Positions 23,330-36,142 of a stretch of 64,000 nucleotides of DNA are shown in pieces. Under the pieces are notes generated by a model. That model ran no database searches and was not told the DNA's origin. It saw only the letters and a program-made list of their open reading frames with translations. Numbering within the stretch: position 1 is the stretch's first letter; each line of letters starts with the position of its first letter. The stretch is from Mobula hypostoma (Eukaryota). The stretch lies in contig NC_086109.1 in the NCBI RefSeq assembly GCF_963921235.1, forward strand, positions 37,202,001 to 37,266,000. Reading direction: 5' to 3'. The translations under genes and the position numbers were made by a program.

Positions 23330-24796
23330 CTGGAGAGGTAGGAGCGGAGGTGAAGGAAATTGCGGATCACTGTGGAAGATACTTGCAGTATGCCGGAAGT
23401 TCAAGTGTGTCAGGGACTAAAGTGAATAAAATTGCCATTACTAAGGATAAGGTGCTTGGGAACCCTAATGCAAAGGGACTTGGGCATCGAGTGCAGGATT
23501 CCCTAAAGGTTAATTTGCAACTTGAGTTGGTGCAGAGGACAGCATGGACAGCATTTATATCAAGATGACTAGAATATAAAATGATGGATGCAATGTTGAG
23601 GCTTTATAAGGCACTAGTGAGGCTGCTCTTGGAGTATTGTGAGAAGTTTGAGCCTGTTATTTAAGAAAAGATGTGTTGGCATTGGAAAGGGTTCAAAGGA
23701 GGTTCACAACAATGATAGGAATGAAATGCTAATCATATGAGAAGCGCTTAATGGCTCTGTGCCTGTTCACTCTGAAATTCAGAATAAGAAGGAATAGCTC
23801 AATGAATCCTCTCAAATGTTGAAATGAAGCCTCGATAGAATAATTGTGGAAAGGATGTTTCCTCTAGTAGTGGAGCCTAAGGCCCATTTCGAATGGAGAT
23901 ACTTGGGAATTTCTTTAACTAGACAGTGGTAAATCTGTGGAATTTGTCTGCGGCATCTCAGAAAATTGCCAGTCTGCGTAGAACTCTACACAGGATTGCC
24001 TTAGGGACTCCAGCTCCAGATTAGTCCTCAGGGTTTACTCCCAAAGGCATACCCATGAGTGGGTATAGCCGCAATACAGAGGAGGTTTGAGATCTGAGTT
24101 TTCCTTCTCCAGATAAGCTGGCAGCCACGGCTGACAAGCCCCATCTGCCAGAAGTGTCTGGTTTTAAGGTGCCTATAACCTGCCTTTGCCCCATCTCCTA
24201 TCAGGAGAAACGGCTGCTCCAGACGTATTAGCTAAACTACATGTGAATGCCGGGAGCTGCACTTGGCTATCAGAGGCTATCTGAGATGCACACCATTGAG
24301 AACATTTAATGAGAATTGGGAGGTTTCCCCACTACCACCTCCCCTTCCACTTCTATGATAACCACAAGGAATCATCAGTTTCAAGATAATTATGCAGATG
24401 GATAGGAATGGTCCTTGTATTAAGATGCTAAATTAGAGAAAGGCCAGTCTTGGTGGCACCTGAAGGGATCTGGCGGGCATGAATTGGGATAGGTTGGTTT
24501 CTGGCAAAGAAATGCTTGGTAAGTGGGAGGTTTTCAAAAGTGAAATATTAAGAACACAGAATTTGTATACCCCTTTTGGAGTAAGAAGCAAGGCTAACAG
24601 GTTTAGAGAATGTTGCTTATCGAGGGATATCGCAGTTATTTTGTAAATAACATTATTCTTTGTATTTCTGGTCAGATGCTAACTGCATTTCATTGGCTTT
24701 GTATCTGTACTCGGCACAATGACAATAAAGTTGAATCTAAATATAAGAAAAGGAAGGATTAAATGAGGCACTTGAGCAGTATAAGAAATGCAAGAG

Positions 24797-25326
24797 CAGA
24801 CAACCCACCTCTCCCGGAATTTCCGGGAGTCTCCCGCATATTAATAGTGGCTCCCTGATGCCCGCAAATTATATACACTATCACAGAAATCTTTTTTTTT
24901 TAAGAGCGAGCGAGCAAGAGAAAGCAAGCGAGAGCGCGAGAGCGACCACGAGAGAGAGAGCGTGAGAGCACGCCATGGAAGAGTGTTCCAAAAAAAGAAA
25001 ATATAAAATCTACGTCACCCCAGACTACACTAAAGTGTACCCGTGCCTAATAGGTGTCCAAATAACGACAGTGTTGCTCACTGCACTGTTTGCAACAGTG
25101 ACTTTTCTATTGCCCATGGTGGGTTAAGACTGTAAAAGACATGTTGAGGTGAGTTTAACAGGTGTCATTCGTTCATTAGCATAGCTAACGTTATTTAAAC
25201 TAGCTGGCCGGCTGCTAAGGAGCTACTCTATTGCAGACATCCCACCTCTCCCGGAAGTTCCGGGAATTTCCCGCAAATTGCTGGTGCTACCTCCCTGAAA
25301 TGAGTTTTTGCAGGGTGGGATGTCTG
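24797..25326. mobile_element. Non-autonomous DNA transposon (MITE) with 6-bp TSD
   Basis: TIRs CAGACAACCCACC / GGTGGGATGTCTG, flanked by CAAGAG on both sides; paralog at ~11656-11680 is empty. Confidence 0.85.
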
Positions 25327-25784
25327 CAAGAGACCTTTTAAGAGAGAAATCAGGAGGGTGAAAAAGGACATGATGTTGCAGTGCCGTACAAGATGAAAGA
25401 AAACCCTTAGGGTTTCTATCTTAACAGCAAAAGGATGCAAAAGACAAAGACGATCCTCTTGAAGATCAGCGTGGTCATCTATGCATGGAAGCGAAAGAGA
25501 GAGGTGAGGTGGATGTTTTGTATCAGTATTTACTTGGGAGACAGACACAGACTGTAGGACTGAGGAAAGCGTAGTGAGGTCATAGATCATGTCTGAAGAG
25601 GAGTTGCTGGCTGCCTTGTTGCTTATTGTGGTGGATAAATGACCAGGTTCTGACAAGGTGTCCCCTTGGACCTTGTAGGTGGCTGATGCAGAAACTCCAG
25701 AGGCCCTGACAAGAATACTTAAATCGTACTTAGTCAAGGGTGGGGTGCTAGAGGACTGGTGGATTAATAAAGCTGTGCTATTGA

Positions 25785-26040
25785 ACCAGCTGATGGCATA
25801 GTGGCATCAGCGCTGGACTGCGGGGCAGAGGTTCCGAAGTTCAAATCCAACTGGCACCCCCGGCACATTTTCCATCCGTGTTGGGTTAGGAGCTGGTGAT
25901 CTCTTTGAAAAAAACTCACCGGGCAGAAGGCAGTGGCAAACCATTGCTGTAACTTGCCTTGTACGCGAATTCCAACTACGTCAGAATGGCGTGGGAGGAA
26001 GTCGTCCGCTACCTAGAAAAATCCCCGATGCAACCTACAT
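25785..26040 (+). mobile_element. tRNA-derived SINE
   Basis: A-box TGGCATAGTGG (25794-25804), B-box AGTTCAAATCC (25838-25848), gtggcaaacc body motif; absent in copy A. Confidence 0.7.
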
Positions 26041-26394
26041 TACATTGTTTAAGAAAGATTCTGAGAAATAGCTGGGAAATTAGAGACATTCTAAAAGAGA
26101 GCATTAATAAATACAGCGGGTTATGGTACTCTTAAAGAACAAAAACTAATTGAGAAAATTGATGGTTTTCCCCTTGTTTATTTTGGACACAATGCCTCTT
26201 CATTCGGATGAGAGACTGTTGCCAAACAGTTTCACAATAGCGTCAGTTACGTGCATTCGTGTGGCCTTAAGACACTACACCTTGTGATGAAGGAAACATC
26301 CGAACTTGAGCTAGTGACTACACAGGATGCCAGGAAATTGTTGGATTATGAATTTACTACATGCAAGAAGGCAATCCATTATCTTTATTAGGCA

Positions 26395-28215
26395 TCTGCT
26401 TGGGAATCTGAAAGGTCTGAAGGTAGATAGATCACCTGGACCAAATGATCTACACCCTGGGCTTCCGAAAGTGGTGGCTAAAAGGATTGTGGAGGCAAGA
26501 GTAATGATATCTCAATAATCATTCTGGCATGTTTGCGTAGGACTGGAAAATTGAAAATGTCATTCCATTCTTCAAGAAGGGAGAAAGACAGAAGCAAAGA
26601 TATTATAGGCCAGTTAGTCTGACCTTGGTGGTTGGGAAAAGTCGATTATTAAGGATGTGGTTAGTGGGTACTTGGAGGCACATGATAAGGGAAAATCTTG
26701 CCTGACAGATCTGTTAGAATTCTTTGCAGAAGTAACACGTATGATAGTCAATGGAGTGTGTAGTGAGACTGTGAGGAAGGATAAGCAGATGACAGGGCAA
26801 AACTGCGGTCAGTATGATGAGTTGAAATGTAACGTTCAGGTAGGGGAAAAATCAAAAAAGTTAATGAATGCAGGAACGAAGGTGTTATCTTTGAATGCAC
26901 TGAGTATATGGAATAAGGAATATGATCTTTCAGTGCAGTTAGAGAGCTTCACTGAGACATTGCTGGAAGAAGATCATAGCTGGGAGCTTAACATCCAAGG
27001 ATACGTGTTGTATAAAAAAGCAGGCGTGTAGGCAGATTGGGTGGGGTTGCTCTGTTGGTAAAAAATGAATTTAAATCCTTAGAAAGAGGTGACATAGGAA
27101 CAGAGGATGTAGAACCTTGTGGGTAGAGTTAAGAAACTGCAAGAGTAAAAAGACCCTGATATGTTATGTACAGGTCCTCAAACAGAAGCCAGGACGTGGG
27201 ATATAAATTTCAGTCGGAAATAGAAATGGCACATAATAAGGGAAATATTACTGCAGTCATGGGGGATTTCAATATCCAGGTATATTGCAAAAATCAGGCT
27301 GGTGCTGGAAATCAAGAGAGGGAATTTGTGGAATGGCCATGAGATGGTTTTTTAGTACAGCTTGTGATTGAGCCCACAAGGGGAAAGACAATTCTGGATT
27401 GGGTTTTGTGTAATGAAGCAGCTTTGATTTGGGAGATTAATGTAAAGAAACACTTAGGAGATAGTGATCATAATACGATAGATATCCTGCAGTTTGAGAG
27501 GGAGAAGATACAGTCAGACCTTTCAGTATTGCAGTGGAGTAAAGGGAATTACAGAGGCATGATAGTGATCAGGCAACTGTTGCTGACAAGAGGAGTCAAT
27601 GACAGCAAACAAACAAAAGAAAGGACGTATAACACAACAAAATTACAGAGAAGTTAAAGAATTAGAAAACCTTTTAAAAACCAACAGAAGGCAACTAATA
27701 AATGCATAAAGAGAGACAAGATGAAATATGAAGGTAAGCCAGCCAATAATATCAAAGAGGATACGCAAAGTTTTCTCCGATACATAAAGAGTAACTGAGA
27801 GGCGAGAGTGGATATTGGACTGGAGTGCCAGAAAGTCTGGAGTGTCAGGGTGCAGAAGTGAGTACAGCTGCTATTACTAATGAGGAAGAGGCTGGGAAGC
27901 TGAAAAGTCATCTGGACCAGATAGACTACACTCCAGGGTTATGAAATAGGTAGCTGAAGATTTTGTGCAGACACTAGAGTCATAAAACACTACAGCATAG
28001 AAGCAGGCCCTTCAGCCCATCTAGTCCATGCCAAACCATTATTTGCCTTGTTACATCGACCTGCACCTGCACCATAGTCCTCCATACCACTTTCATCCAT
28101 GTACCAAACCAGATTTCTCTTAAATGTTAAAATTGACACCACATCCACCACTTGCACTGGTAGCTCATTCAACACTCTCACCACCCTGTGAGTGAAGGGG
28201 CTCCCCCTCATGTTC
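26395..28215 (+). mobile_element. Patchwork of degenerate CR1 ORF2 fragments (endonuclease and RT), with a minus-strand CR1 tail at ~27975-28215
   Basis: DRSPGPNDLHP, GKSCLTDLLEFF, EPTRGKTILDWVLCN..LGDSDHN. Confidence 0.8.
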
Positions 28216-28299
28216 GTTTACATTAATGAGTAAACGTGAGAAGAGGTAGCTCACTCAGGTTCACCAATTGAGTACATAAGGCATTGATTTACGGCAGTT

Positions 28300-29440
28300 T
28301 GGTGTTTTGGGTGACGGCCAATCAGCAATTAGTATTGATTGGTAAGAACAAATTAAAATAAAGCGCAGCAGATGGAATGGCCTTCGCTGGACGGTGGTAG
28401 AGTGGTTATTTGAGGCGTTAGTTCCTCGAGGCTTCAGCGTGTGGAGTCTTGAGAGCAAGAAGGCAAAAAGCTGTAGGTAGGTATTTTTTTTTTCCCCAGT
28501 TTATTTATTGTTTTCCTTCTTTATATTTGCACAGTTAGAGCAGGGGCTCCAGGCAGGATAGCTGAATGCTCCTCTTGCAGGATGTGGGAAGGCAGGGAGA
28601 CCTCCACTGTCCCTGATGACTTCACCTGCAAGAAGTGCACCCACCTGCAGCTTCCAACACACCACATGAAGGAGCTGGAACTGGAAAAGGATGAACTCCG
28701 GATCATTCAGGAGACTGAGAGATATGGAGAACTACCCCTCTATAGAGAGGTAGTTACACCAAATTTGCAGGACTGAGGAGACTGGGTGATAGTCAGGAAG
28801 GGGTAGGGTGTTAAACAGCCAATGCAGAGCACCCCTGTGGCCATCCACTTCAACAGTAGATACACTGCGACTGGATACTGCTGGATGACCTAGCAAAGGA
28901 AAGTCACTGTGGTCAGGTCACTGGCACTGAGTCTGACTGTGTGCCTCATGGGTGTTTTAAACTGGGGTTGCAGGGTGATGGGAACCAGAGCACCAGTACA
29001 GATACTGGAGAAGTTGTGGAGAACAATGTTGTTAAGCTCTTAATCAAACTAAGGAATCACTGGTTGAGTATGATGTGACTAATGTTCTGAGTTGTGTATA
29101 TTTCAATGTAAGAAGTATTGTAGAAAAGGCAGATGAGCCCAGAGCATGGATTAACACAAGGAATTTTGATATTGCAGCCATTAGTGAGACTTGATTGCAG
29201 AAGAGGCAGGACTGGCAGCTCAACCTTCTGGGTTTCCTATGTTTTAGATGTGACAGAGGAGAGGGAAGGATTGGCATTACTAGTCAGGGAAAATATCATA
29301 GGTGAGCAGTCACAACAGACTGGAGAACTCATCTAGTGTGGCTTTATGGGTGGGAACGAGGAATAAGAAAGGTATGACCATGCTAATGGGGCTATTTTGT
29401 AGACTATCCAACAGTCCACTGGATTTATAGGAACAAATTT
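28300..29440 (+). mobile_element. CR1 5' region: ORF1 zinc-finger/coiled-coil and start of ORF2 endonuclease
   Basis: ECSSCRMWE..DDFTCKKCTHLQL..KELELEKDELRII; YFNVRSIVEKADE; continues at 30915 after the Rex insertion. Confidence 0.8.
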
Positions 29441-29794
29441 CTGCAGAGCCTGGGCCTCTCTACCTCCCTCACAATTGGATCCTTGACTTTCTAATCAGAA
29501 GACGGCAGTCTGTGCGGATTGGTGAAAACAAATCCTCCTCGTTGACGATCAACGCTGGCACACCTTAGGGGTGTGCACTTAGCCCACAGCTCTACTCTGT
29601 ATATACACATGACTGTATGGCTAGGCATAACTCAAATACCATATATAAATTTGCTGATGATACAATTATTATTGGTAGAATCTCAGGTGGTGCCCAGAGG
29701 GCGTACAGGAATGAGATATGCCAACTAGTGGAATGGTGCTGCAGTAACAACTTGGCACTCAAAGTCAGTAAGACGAAAGAGCTGATTGTGGACT

Positions 29795-30106
29795 TCTTTC
29801 CAACTGTGATAAGACTGCTGAACGGATCCTGACCCGGATCTGGGCCGTACCCTCCAAATATCTGGACCTGCCTCTTGTTTTTTTTTTGCACTACCTTACT
29901 TTCCATTTTTCCATTTTCTATTTGTGATTTATAATTTAAATGTTTAATATTTACTAATTTTTACTGTTTTTAATATTTTTAATATTTAATATTTGTAATC
30001 CAGGAAGCGGGAAGCGCAGAATCAAATATCGCTGTGATGATTGTATATTCTAGTATCAATTGTTTGGCGACAATAAGGTATAAAGTGTAAAGAATAAAGT
30101 ATAAAG
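29795..30106 (+). mobile_element. Second Rex-family 3' end nested inside the Rex RT
   Basis: Splits IVDF|RKGK; matches 16074-16332. Confidence 0.8.
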
Positions 30107-30769
30107 TTCAGAAAGGGTAAGATGAAGGAACACATACCAATCCTCAGAGAGGGATCAGAAGTAGAGAGAGTGAGCAACTTCAAGTTCCTGGGTGTCAAGA
30201 TCTCTGAGGAACTAACCTGGTCCCAATATATCAATGTAGTTGTAAAGAAGGCAAGACAGCAGATATATTTTATTCGAAGTTTGAAGAGATTTGGCCTGTC
30301 AACAAATACACTTAAAAACTTCTATAGTTGTACTGTGGAGAAGCTTTCTAACAGGCTGCATCACTGTCTGGTATGGAGGGGCTATTGCACAGGACCGAAA
30401 GAAGCTGCAGAAGTTTGTAAATCTAGTCAGCTCCATCTTGGGCACTAGCCTACAAAGTACCCAGGATGCCTTTAGGGAGCGGTGTCTCAGAAAGGCAGCA
30501 TCCATTATTAAGGACTTCCAAAACCCAGAGCATGCCCTTTTCCCACTGTTACCATTAGGTAGGAGGTACAGAAGCCTGAAGGCACACACTCAACGATTCA
30601 GGAACAGCTTCTTCCCCTCTGTCATCTGATTCCTATATGGACATTGAAGGTTTGGACACTACCTCACTTTTTTTTAATATTCAGTATTTCTGTTTTTGCA
30701 TGTTTTTTTAAAAAAATCTATTCAATATAGATAATTGATTTACTTGTTTGTTTATTATTATTTTTTTAT

Positions 30770-30775
<6 letters not shown>

Positions 30776-30814
<39 letters not shown>
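30776..30814. repeat. (TTA)n microsatellite in Rex 3' UTR
   Basis: About 13 consecutive TTA units. Confidence 0.9.
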
Positions 30815-30816
<2 letters not shown>

Positions 30817-30914
30817 TCTCTCTTCTAGATTATGTATTGCATTGAACTGCCGCTGCCAAGTTAACAAATTTCACGTCACATGCCGGTGATAATAAACCTG
30901 ATTCTGATTCTGAA

Positions 30915-31762
30915 AAATTTGGAGTGAGATCTCAAACGGTTGCATGAAATATAAGGTTGTTATGATGGGTGACTTTAACTTTTCACATATGGATGGGGAA
31001 CCTCATACCGTGAAAGGGATAGAGTTTGCCAAATGTGTTCAGTAGAGTTCCTGTAATCAGTAGATCAAAGTCCTAACAAGACAGCATTTGATACTTGATC
31101 TCCTATTAGGGAATGAGACAGGGAATGTGACGGAATTTTGTGCAGGGAAACACCTTCCATCCAATGATCATAATGCCATCAGTTTCAAATAAATATGGAA
31201 AAGGATAGTTCTAGTCTGCGGATTGAGATTCTAAGTTGGTGAACAACCAATTTTGATGGTATCAAAAAGGAACTGGCAAGTGTAGATTTGGACAGCAAAA
31301 CCGTGTACTGCCTGGATTTCCAGCATCTGGAGATTTTCTCCTGTTTGTAGATTTAGACAGGCTGTTTTCTGGCAAAGGTGTACCTGGTACAAAGCTTGTG
31401 AGTACAAAACCTGAGAATACAAAGTTTTTGCTTACCTGCCTGAATAAAGTGTAAAGATAACAAGTTTAGGGAACCTTGGTTTTCAAGATATATTGAAGCC
31501 CTGACTTAGAAAAAAAAGGGAGATGTACAGCAGGTATTTGCAGGTAGGAACAAACGAGATACTTATGGAGTATAAGAAATGTAGGAGACCCTTTAAGAAA
31601 GATATCAGGAGAGATAAAAGAAGGCATAAGGTTGCCTTAGCAGGAGAATCCAAAGGGATACCTACAGATACTTTCTGAACAAAAGTATTGCAAAGGACAA
31701 AATTGGTCGTCTCAAAGATCAGAATGGTAAATGATGTGTGGAGCCAAAAGAGATCTTAAATG
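30915..31762 (+). mobile_element. CR1 ORF2 continuation (endonuclease C-terminal region and linker)
   Basis: VVMMGDFNF, ILDLLLGNE, SNDHN motifs. Confidence 0.75.
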
Positions 31763-32112
31763 GAAAACAAGGGAAAATCTGCAGATGCTAGAAATCCCAG
31801 CAACACACAGAAAATGCTGGAGAACTCAGCAGACCAGGCAGCATCTATGGAAAAAAGTACTGTCGACCTTTTTTGGCAAAAAAGTACGACTTTTTTTGGC
31901 ACCAGATACAGTGGATAGCCCTAACAAAGTTGGGGTAGAGTTTTGGGGTCACCTAATGTATATGGTGCACCCAGAGTGGCCTCCTGTATATTGATGAGAC
32001 CCGATGTCAATTGGGAGACCGCTTTGCTGAGCATCTTTGTCCGTCCACCAGAAAAAGCAGGATCTGCCAGTGGTCACCCATCTTAATTCCACTTCCCATT
32101 CTCATCCTGACA
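31763..32112. mobile_element. Penelope-like fragments (minus tail, plus GIY-YIG piece)
   Basis: ctgcagatgctagaaatcc terminus; KKQDLPVVTHLNSTSHSHPDM. Confidence 0.75.
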
Positions 32113-32660
32113 TGAAGGTGAAGGGATGGAGCAGGAGAGGGTGGGGGAGGGAGCAGAAGGGGAGCGGGTGGGTGAGAGAGGAGGAGGGATGGAGGGTTGA
32201 GGGGAAGGAGGAGGGAGCGGAAGGTAGAGGGAAGGGGTAAGGAGCAGGAAGAGGAGGGGTGTTATGAAGATGGGGAAGGGAAGGTCTGAAGAGAGTGAGG
32301 AGGGAAGGGAAAGTGAAAGGAACGGGAAGGGAGAGAGAGGGAATGGGAGGGTTGAGGTGAGGGAGAGGAGAGGGGAGGGGCGGGGGAAGGTGACAGAAGG
32401 GGGAAGAGCAAGTAGGAGTGGACAGGGAGAGGATGGGGGAGCATTGGGATTGGAAGGGACGGGGAAGTGGTGGGGAGGAGAGAGGGATGGAGAAGGGGAA
32501 GGGAAGGGGTGGGGGAGGATGGAGGGAGGGCTCCCTTATGAGGTCCCAGAGTCCCCCTACCCCCCTCCCCCCTACCCTTCCAACCCCCCTACCTCCTACC
32601 CTCCCCCTCTGGGAGGGCTACCTTACGAGGACCTGTCTACTACCCTCCCCCTCTGGAATT
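32113..32660. repeat. Purine-rich (G/A) low-complexity tract followed by a C-rich tract
   Basis: ~415 nt almost entirely G/A, then ~110 nt C-rich; short direct repeat ggagggct(c/a)cctta(t/c)gagg. Confidence 0.85.
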
Positions 32661-33142
32661 GGCCCCATTCCTCACCCCAGGCTGGGGGGTGCGTTGGGTT
32701 GCCATGTCTACAAGAAAATGAATCGTTCGAAACAACATAATTATCATACTTGGAAAATAAATTGGCTTTGAATTTCAGCTCTGAAATATGTTTATAAAAC
32801 ATGTACTGATGAGAAATGGTCTCAATGAAGGTCAGAGAGTGGAAAACCAAATTTTATTCAGCCCCACTGAACTCCCACCAACTCTGTCCCAGCTCCTTCA
32901 CTTGACCCATCTCACTCTAAAATTTCCTTTCCGCGTAGCTGTCCGTGTCTTTTATTATCCCTCTCAATTCCATTCTGCTGCCTTCTCTCCATAACCTTTG
33001 GCCCCTTACTAATTAAATACCTATCAACTTCCATTTTAAATATACCCAATGACTCGGCTTCTGAGCCATCTCTGGCAATGGATGCACAGATACCTCTGTC
33101 TAAAGAAATTCCTCATCTCTTCAAGTGCAAGTTCTCAGTATT

Positions 33143-35250
33143 AGAAACATAGAAATCCTACAGCACAATACAAGCACGTCGGCCCATAGTGCTGTGCCGA
33201 ATATGTACTTACTTTAGAAATTACCTTGGGTTACCCATAGCCCTCTATTTTTCTAAGCCCCATGTACTTACCCAAGAGTCTCTTAAAAAACTCTATCGTA
33301 TCTGCCTCCACCACCGTCGCCAGCACCCCGTTCTACGCATTCACCACTCTGCGTAAAAAAAACTTACCCCTGACATCTCCTCTGTACCTATTTCCAAGCA
33401 CCTTAAATCTGTCCCCTCTTGTGATAGCTATTTCAGCTCTGGGAAAATGCCTCTGACTATCCACACGAACAATGCCTCTCATCATCTTATACACCTCTAT
33501 CAGGTCACCTGTCATCCTCAGTCACTCCAAAGAGAAGAGGCCAAGTTCACTCAACCTATTCTCATAAGGCATGCCCTGCAATCCAGGCAACGTCTCTGTA
33601 AATCTCCTCTGCACTATTTCCATAGTTACCACATCATTCCTGTAGTAAGGCAACCAGAGCTGAACACAGTGCTCCAAGTGGAGTCTGACCAAGGTCCTAT
33701 ATAGCTGCAACATTAACTCTCGGCTCCTAAACTCAATCCCACAGCTAAAGGCCAATACACTGTATGGCTCCTTAACCGCACAGTCAACCTGTGCAGCAGC
33801 TTTGAGTCTCCAATGGACTTGGACCCCAAGATCCCGCTGATCCTTCACACTGTCAAACGGTCTTACTATTAATACTGTGTTCTGCCATCATATTTGACCT
33901 ACTAAAATCAATCACCTCACACTTATCTGGGTTGAACTCCATCTGCCACTTCTCAGCCCAGTTTTGCATTCTATCAATGTCCTGTTGTAACCTCTGACAG
34001 CCCTCTACACTACCCACAATACCCCTAATCATTGTGTCATCAGCAAATTTACTAACCCATCCCTCCACTTCCTCATCCAGGTCATTTATAAACATCACGA
34101 AGGGAAAGGGTCCCAGAACAGATCCCTGAAGCACACCACTGGTCATCGACCTCCATGCAGAATACGACATGTCTACAACCACTCTTTGCCTTCGGTGGGC
34201 AAGCCAATTCAGGATCTACAAAGCAAGGTTACCTTGGATCCCATGCCTCCTTACTTTCTCAATAAGCCTTGCATGGGGTACCTTATCAAATGCCTTGCTG
34301 AAATCCATATACACTACATCTACTACTCTGCATTCATCAATGTGTTTAGTCACATTCTAAAACACTTCAATCAGGCTCATAAGGTACGACTTGGTTTTGA
34401 TAAAGCCACGCTGACTATTCTTACTCATATTATGTCTCTCCAAATATTCATAAATCCTGCTTCTCAGGATCTTCTCCATCAACTTACCAACCACTGAAGT
34501 AAGACTCACTGGTCTATAAATTCCTGGGCTATCTCTAGTCCCTTTCTTGAATAAGGAAACAATATCTGCAACCCTCTTGTCCTCCAGAACTTCTCCCGTC
34601 TCCACTGATGATGCAAAGATCATCGCCAGAGGCTCAGCAATCTCCTCCCTCGTCTCCCACAGTAGCCTGGTGTATATCTCGTCCAGTCCCGGTGACTTAT
34701 CCAGCTTGATAGTTTCCAAATGCTCCAGCACATCCATTTTCTTAATGTCTATGTGGTCAAGCTTTTCAATCTGCTGTAAGTCATCCCTACAATAGCCAAG
34801 GTCCTTTTCCGTCGTGAATAATGTAGCAAAGTATTCATTAATTATCTCCACTATCTCTTCTGGTTCCATATACACTTTTCCACTGTCATATTGTTTGGTC
34901 CTATTTTCTCATGTCTTATCCTCTTGCTCTTTGCATTCTTATAGAATGCCTTGGGGTTTTCCTTAATCTTGCTCGCCAAGGCCTTCTCATGGCCCCTTTT
35001 GGTCCTCCTCATCTCATTCTTAAACTTCTTCCTGCTAGCCCAATAATTTTCTAGTTTTCCATCATTACCTAGTTTTTTGACCTTCTGTAAGCTTTTCTTT
35101 TCTTCTTGACTAGATTTTCTACAGCCTTTGTACACCACAGTTCCTGTACCCTACACCCTTTCCATGTCTCATTGGAACGTACCTATGCAGAACACCACAC
35201 ACATATCCCCTGAGCATATGTCATTTTTCCTTTGTAAATTTCCCTGAGAA
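33143..35250 (-). mobile_element. CR1 LINE ORF2, ~2.1 kb 3' portion
   Basis: KIKENPKAFYK, DKSPGLDEIYTRLL, YRPVSLTSVVGKLME, KFADDT, RGKFFLRRVVNA; tail at 33143. Confidence 0.95.
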
Positions 35251-35409
35251 TATTAGACATTTTGATCCTGGAGGAAAATGATACCAGCTATCTACTCCAT
35301 CTAAGACTCTCGTAATCTTATCAAGCTCTATTAAGTTTCTACTCAGCCCTCGTTACTCCAGAGAAAACAATCTGGCTTTGTTCAACCTCTCCTTATACTT
35401 CTGCACTCT

Positions 35410-36140
35410 CTCTGTATTCCAGTGGAGTAAAGGGAATGGCAGAAGCATCAGAAAGGAGCTGGCCAAAGTAGATTGGAAGAGAATACTAGCACGGATGACA
35501 GCACACCAGTAATGGCTGGAGTTTCTGGGGGCAATTCAGAAGGCACAGGATAGAAAAATCCCAAAGATAATGAAGTATTCCAAAGGGAGGATGACACAAC
35601 TGGTAAGGGAAGTCAAAGACAACATAAGAATGAAAGGGAGGTGAAGGATTGGGAAGCTCTAAAAACCAACTAAAAAGCAATAAGAGAAGGGATGAAATAT
35701 GGTAAAGTAGCCAATAACATAAAAGTGGATGCCAAAAGTGTTTTCAGAGATAGAAAGAGTAAACTTGAGGCAAGAGTGGGCATTGGAAGTGCTGGAAAAT
35801 GACATTAGAAAGGTAGTAATGGGGAAAAAGGAATGGTGAACAAACTGAATTCTGTCACTACACATTTAGGGGAGGGAGGTAAAAGGTGGGATATAATAGG
35901 TCAGTTAGCCTTCAATGGTTGACAAGATGTTAGAGTCCATTACTGTGTGAGCTGTGGGGTACTTGGGGGCACACAGTAAAATAGGCCCATCAACATGATT
36001 TACTTAAGGGGAAATCATGCCTGACAAATCTGTTGGATTTCTTTGAGGAACTAACAAGCAGGATAGACAAAACGGATGTTGTTCACTTGGATTATCATGA
36101 GGTTACTGAACAAGATAAGGGCCTGTAGTATTACAGAAAA
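35410..36140 (+). mobile_element. Degenerate CR1 ORF2 fragments
   Basis: cagtggagtaaagggaat, DWEA.KNQ and GKSCLTNLLDFFEE segments. Confidence 0.7.
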
Positions 36141-36142
36141 TA

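Larger units (their letters stand above)
14103..26340. repeat. Segmental duplication copy B
   Basis: Colinear with 2001-12453 once copy-specific insertions are removed. Confidence 0.9.
29441..30913 (+). mobile_element. 5'-truncated Rex1/Babar LINE (RT C-terminal half)
   Basis: YKFADDTIIIG, LALKVSKTKELIVDF, FKFLGVKISEELTWS, RFRNSFFPS; tail aataaacctgattctgattctga. Confidence 0.9.

Noticed and set aside
25785..25860. tRNA gene
   Set aside because: A and B boxes are present but there is no full cloverleaf or terminator; it continues into a SINE body and is absent from the paralog.
32264..32771. Gly/Glu/Arg- and Pro-rich ORFs
   Set aside because: Products of low-complexity purine and pyrimidine tracts that lack stops by composition.
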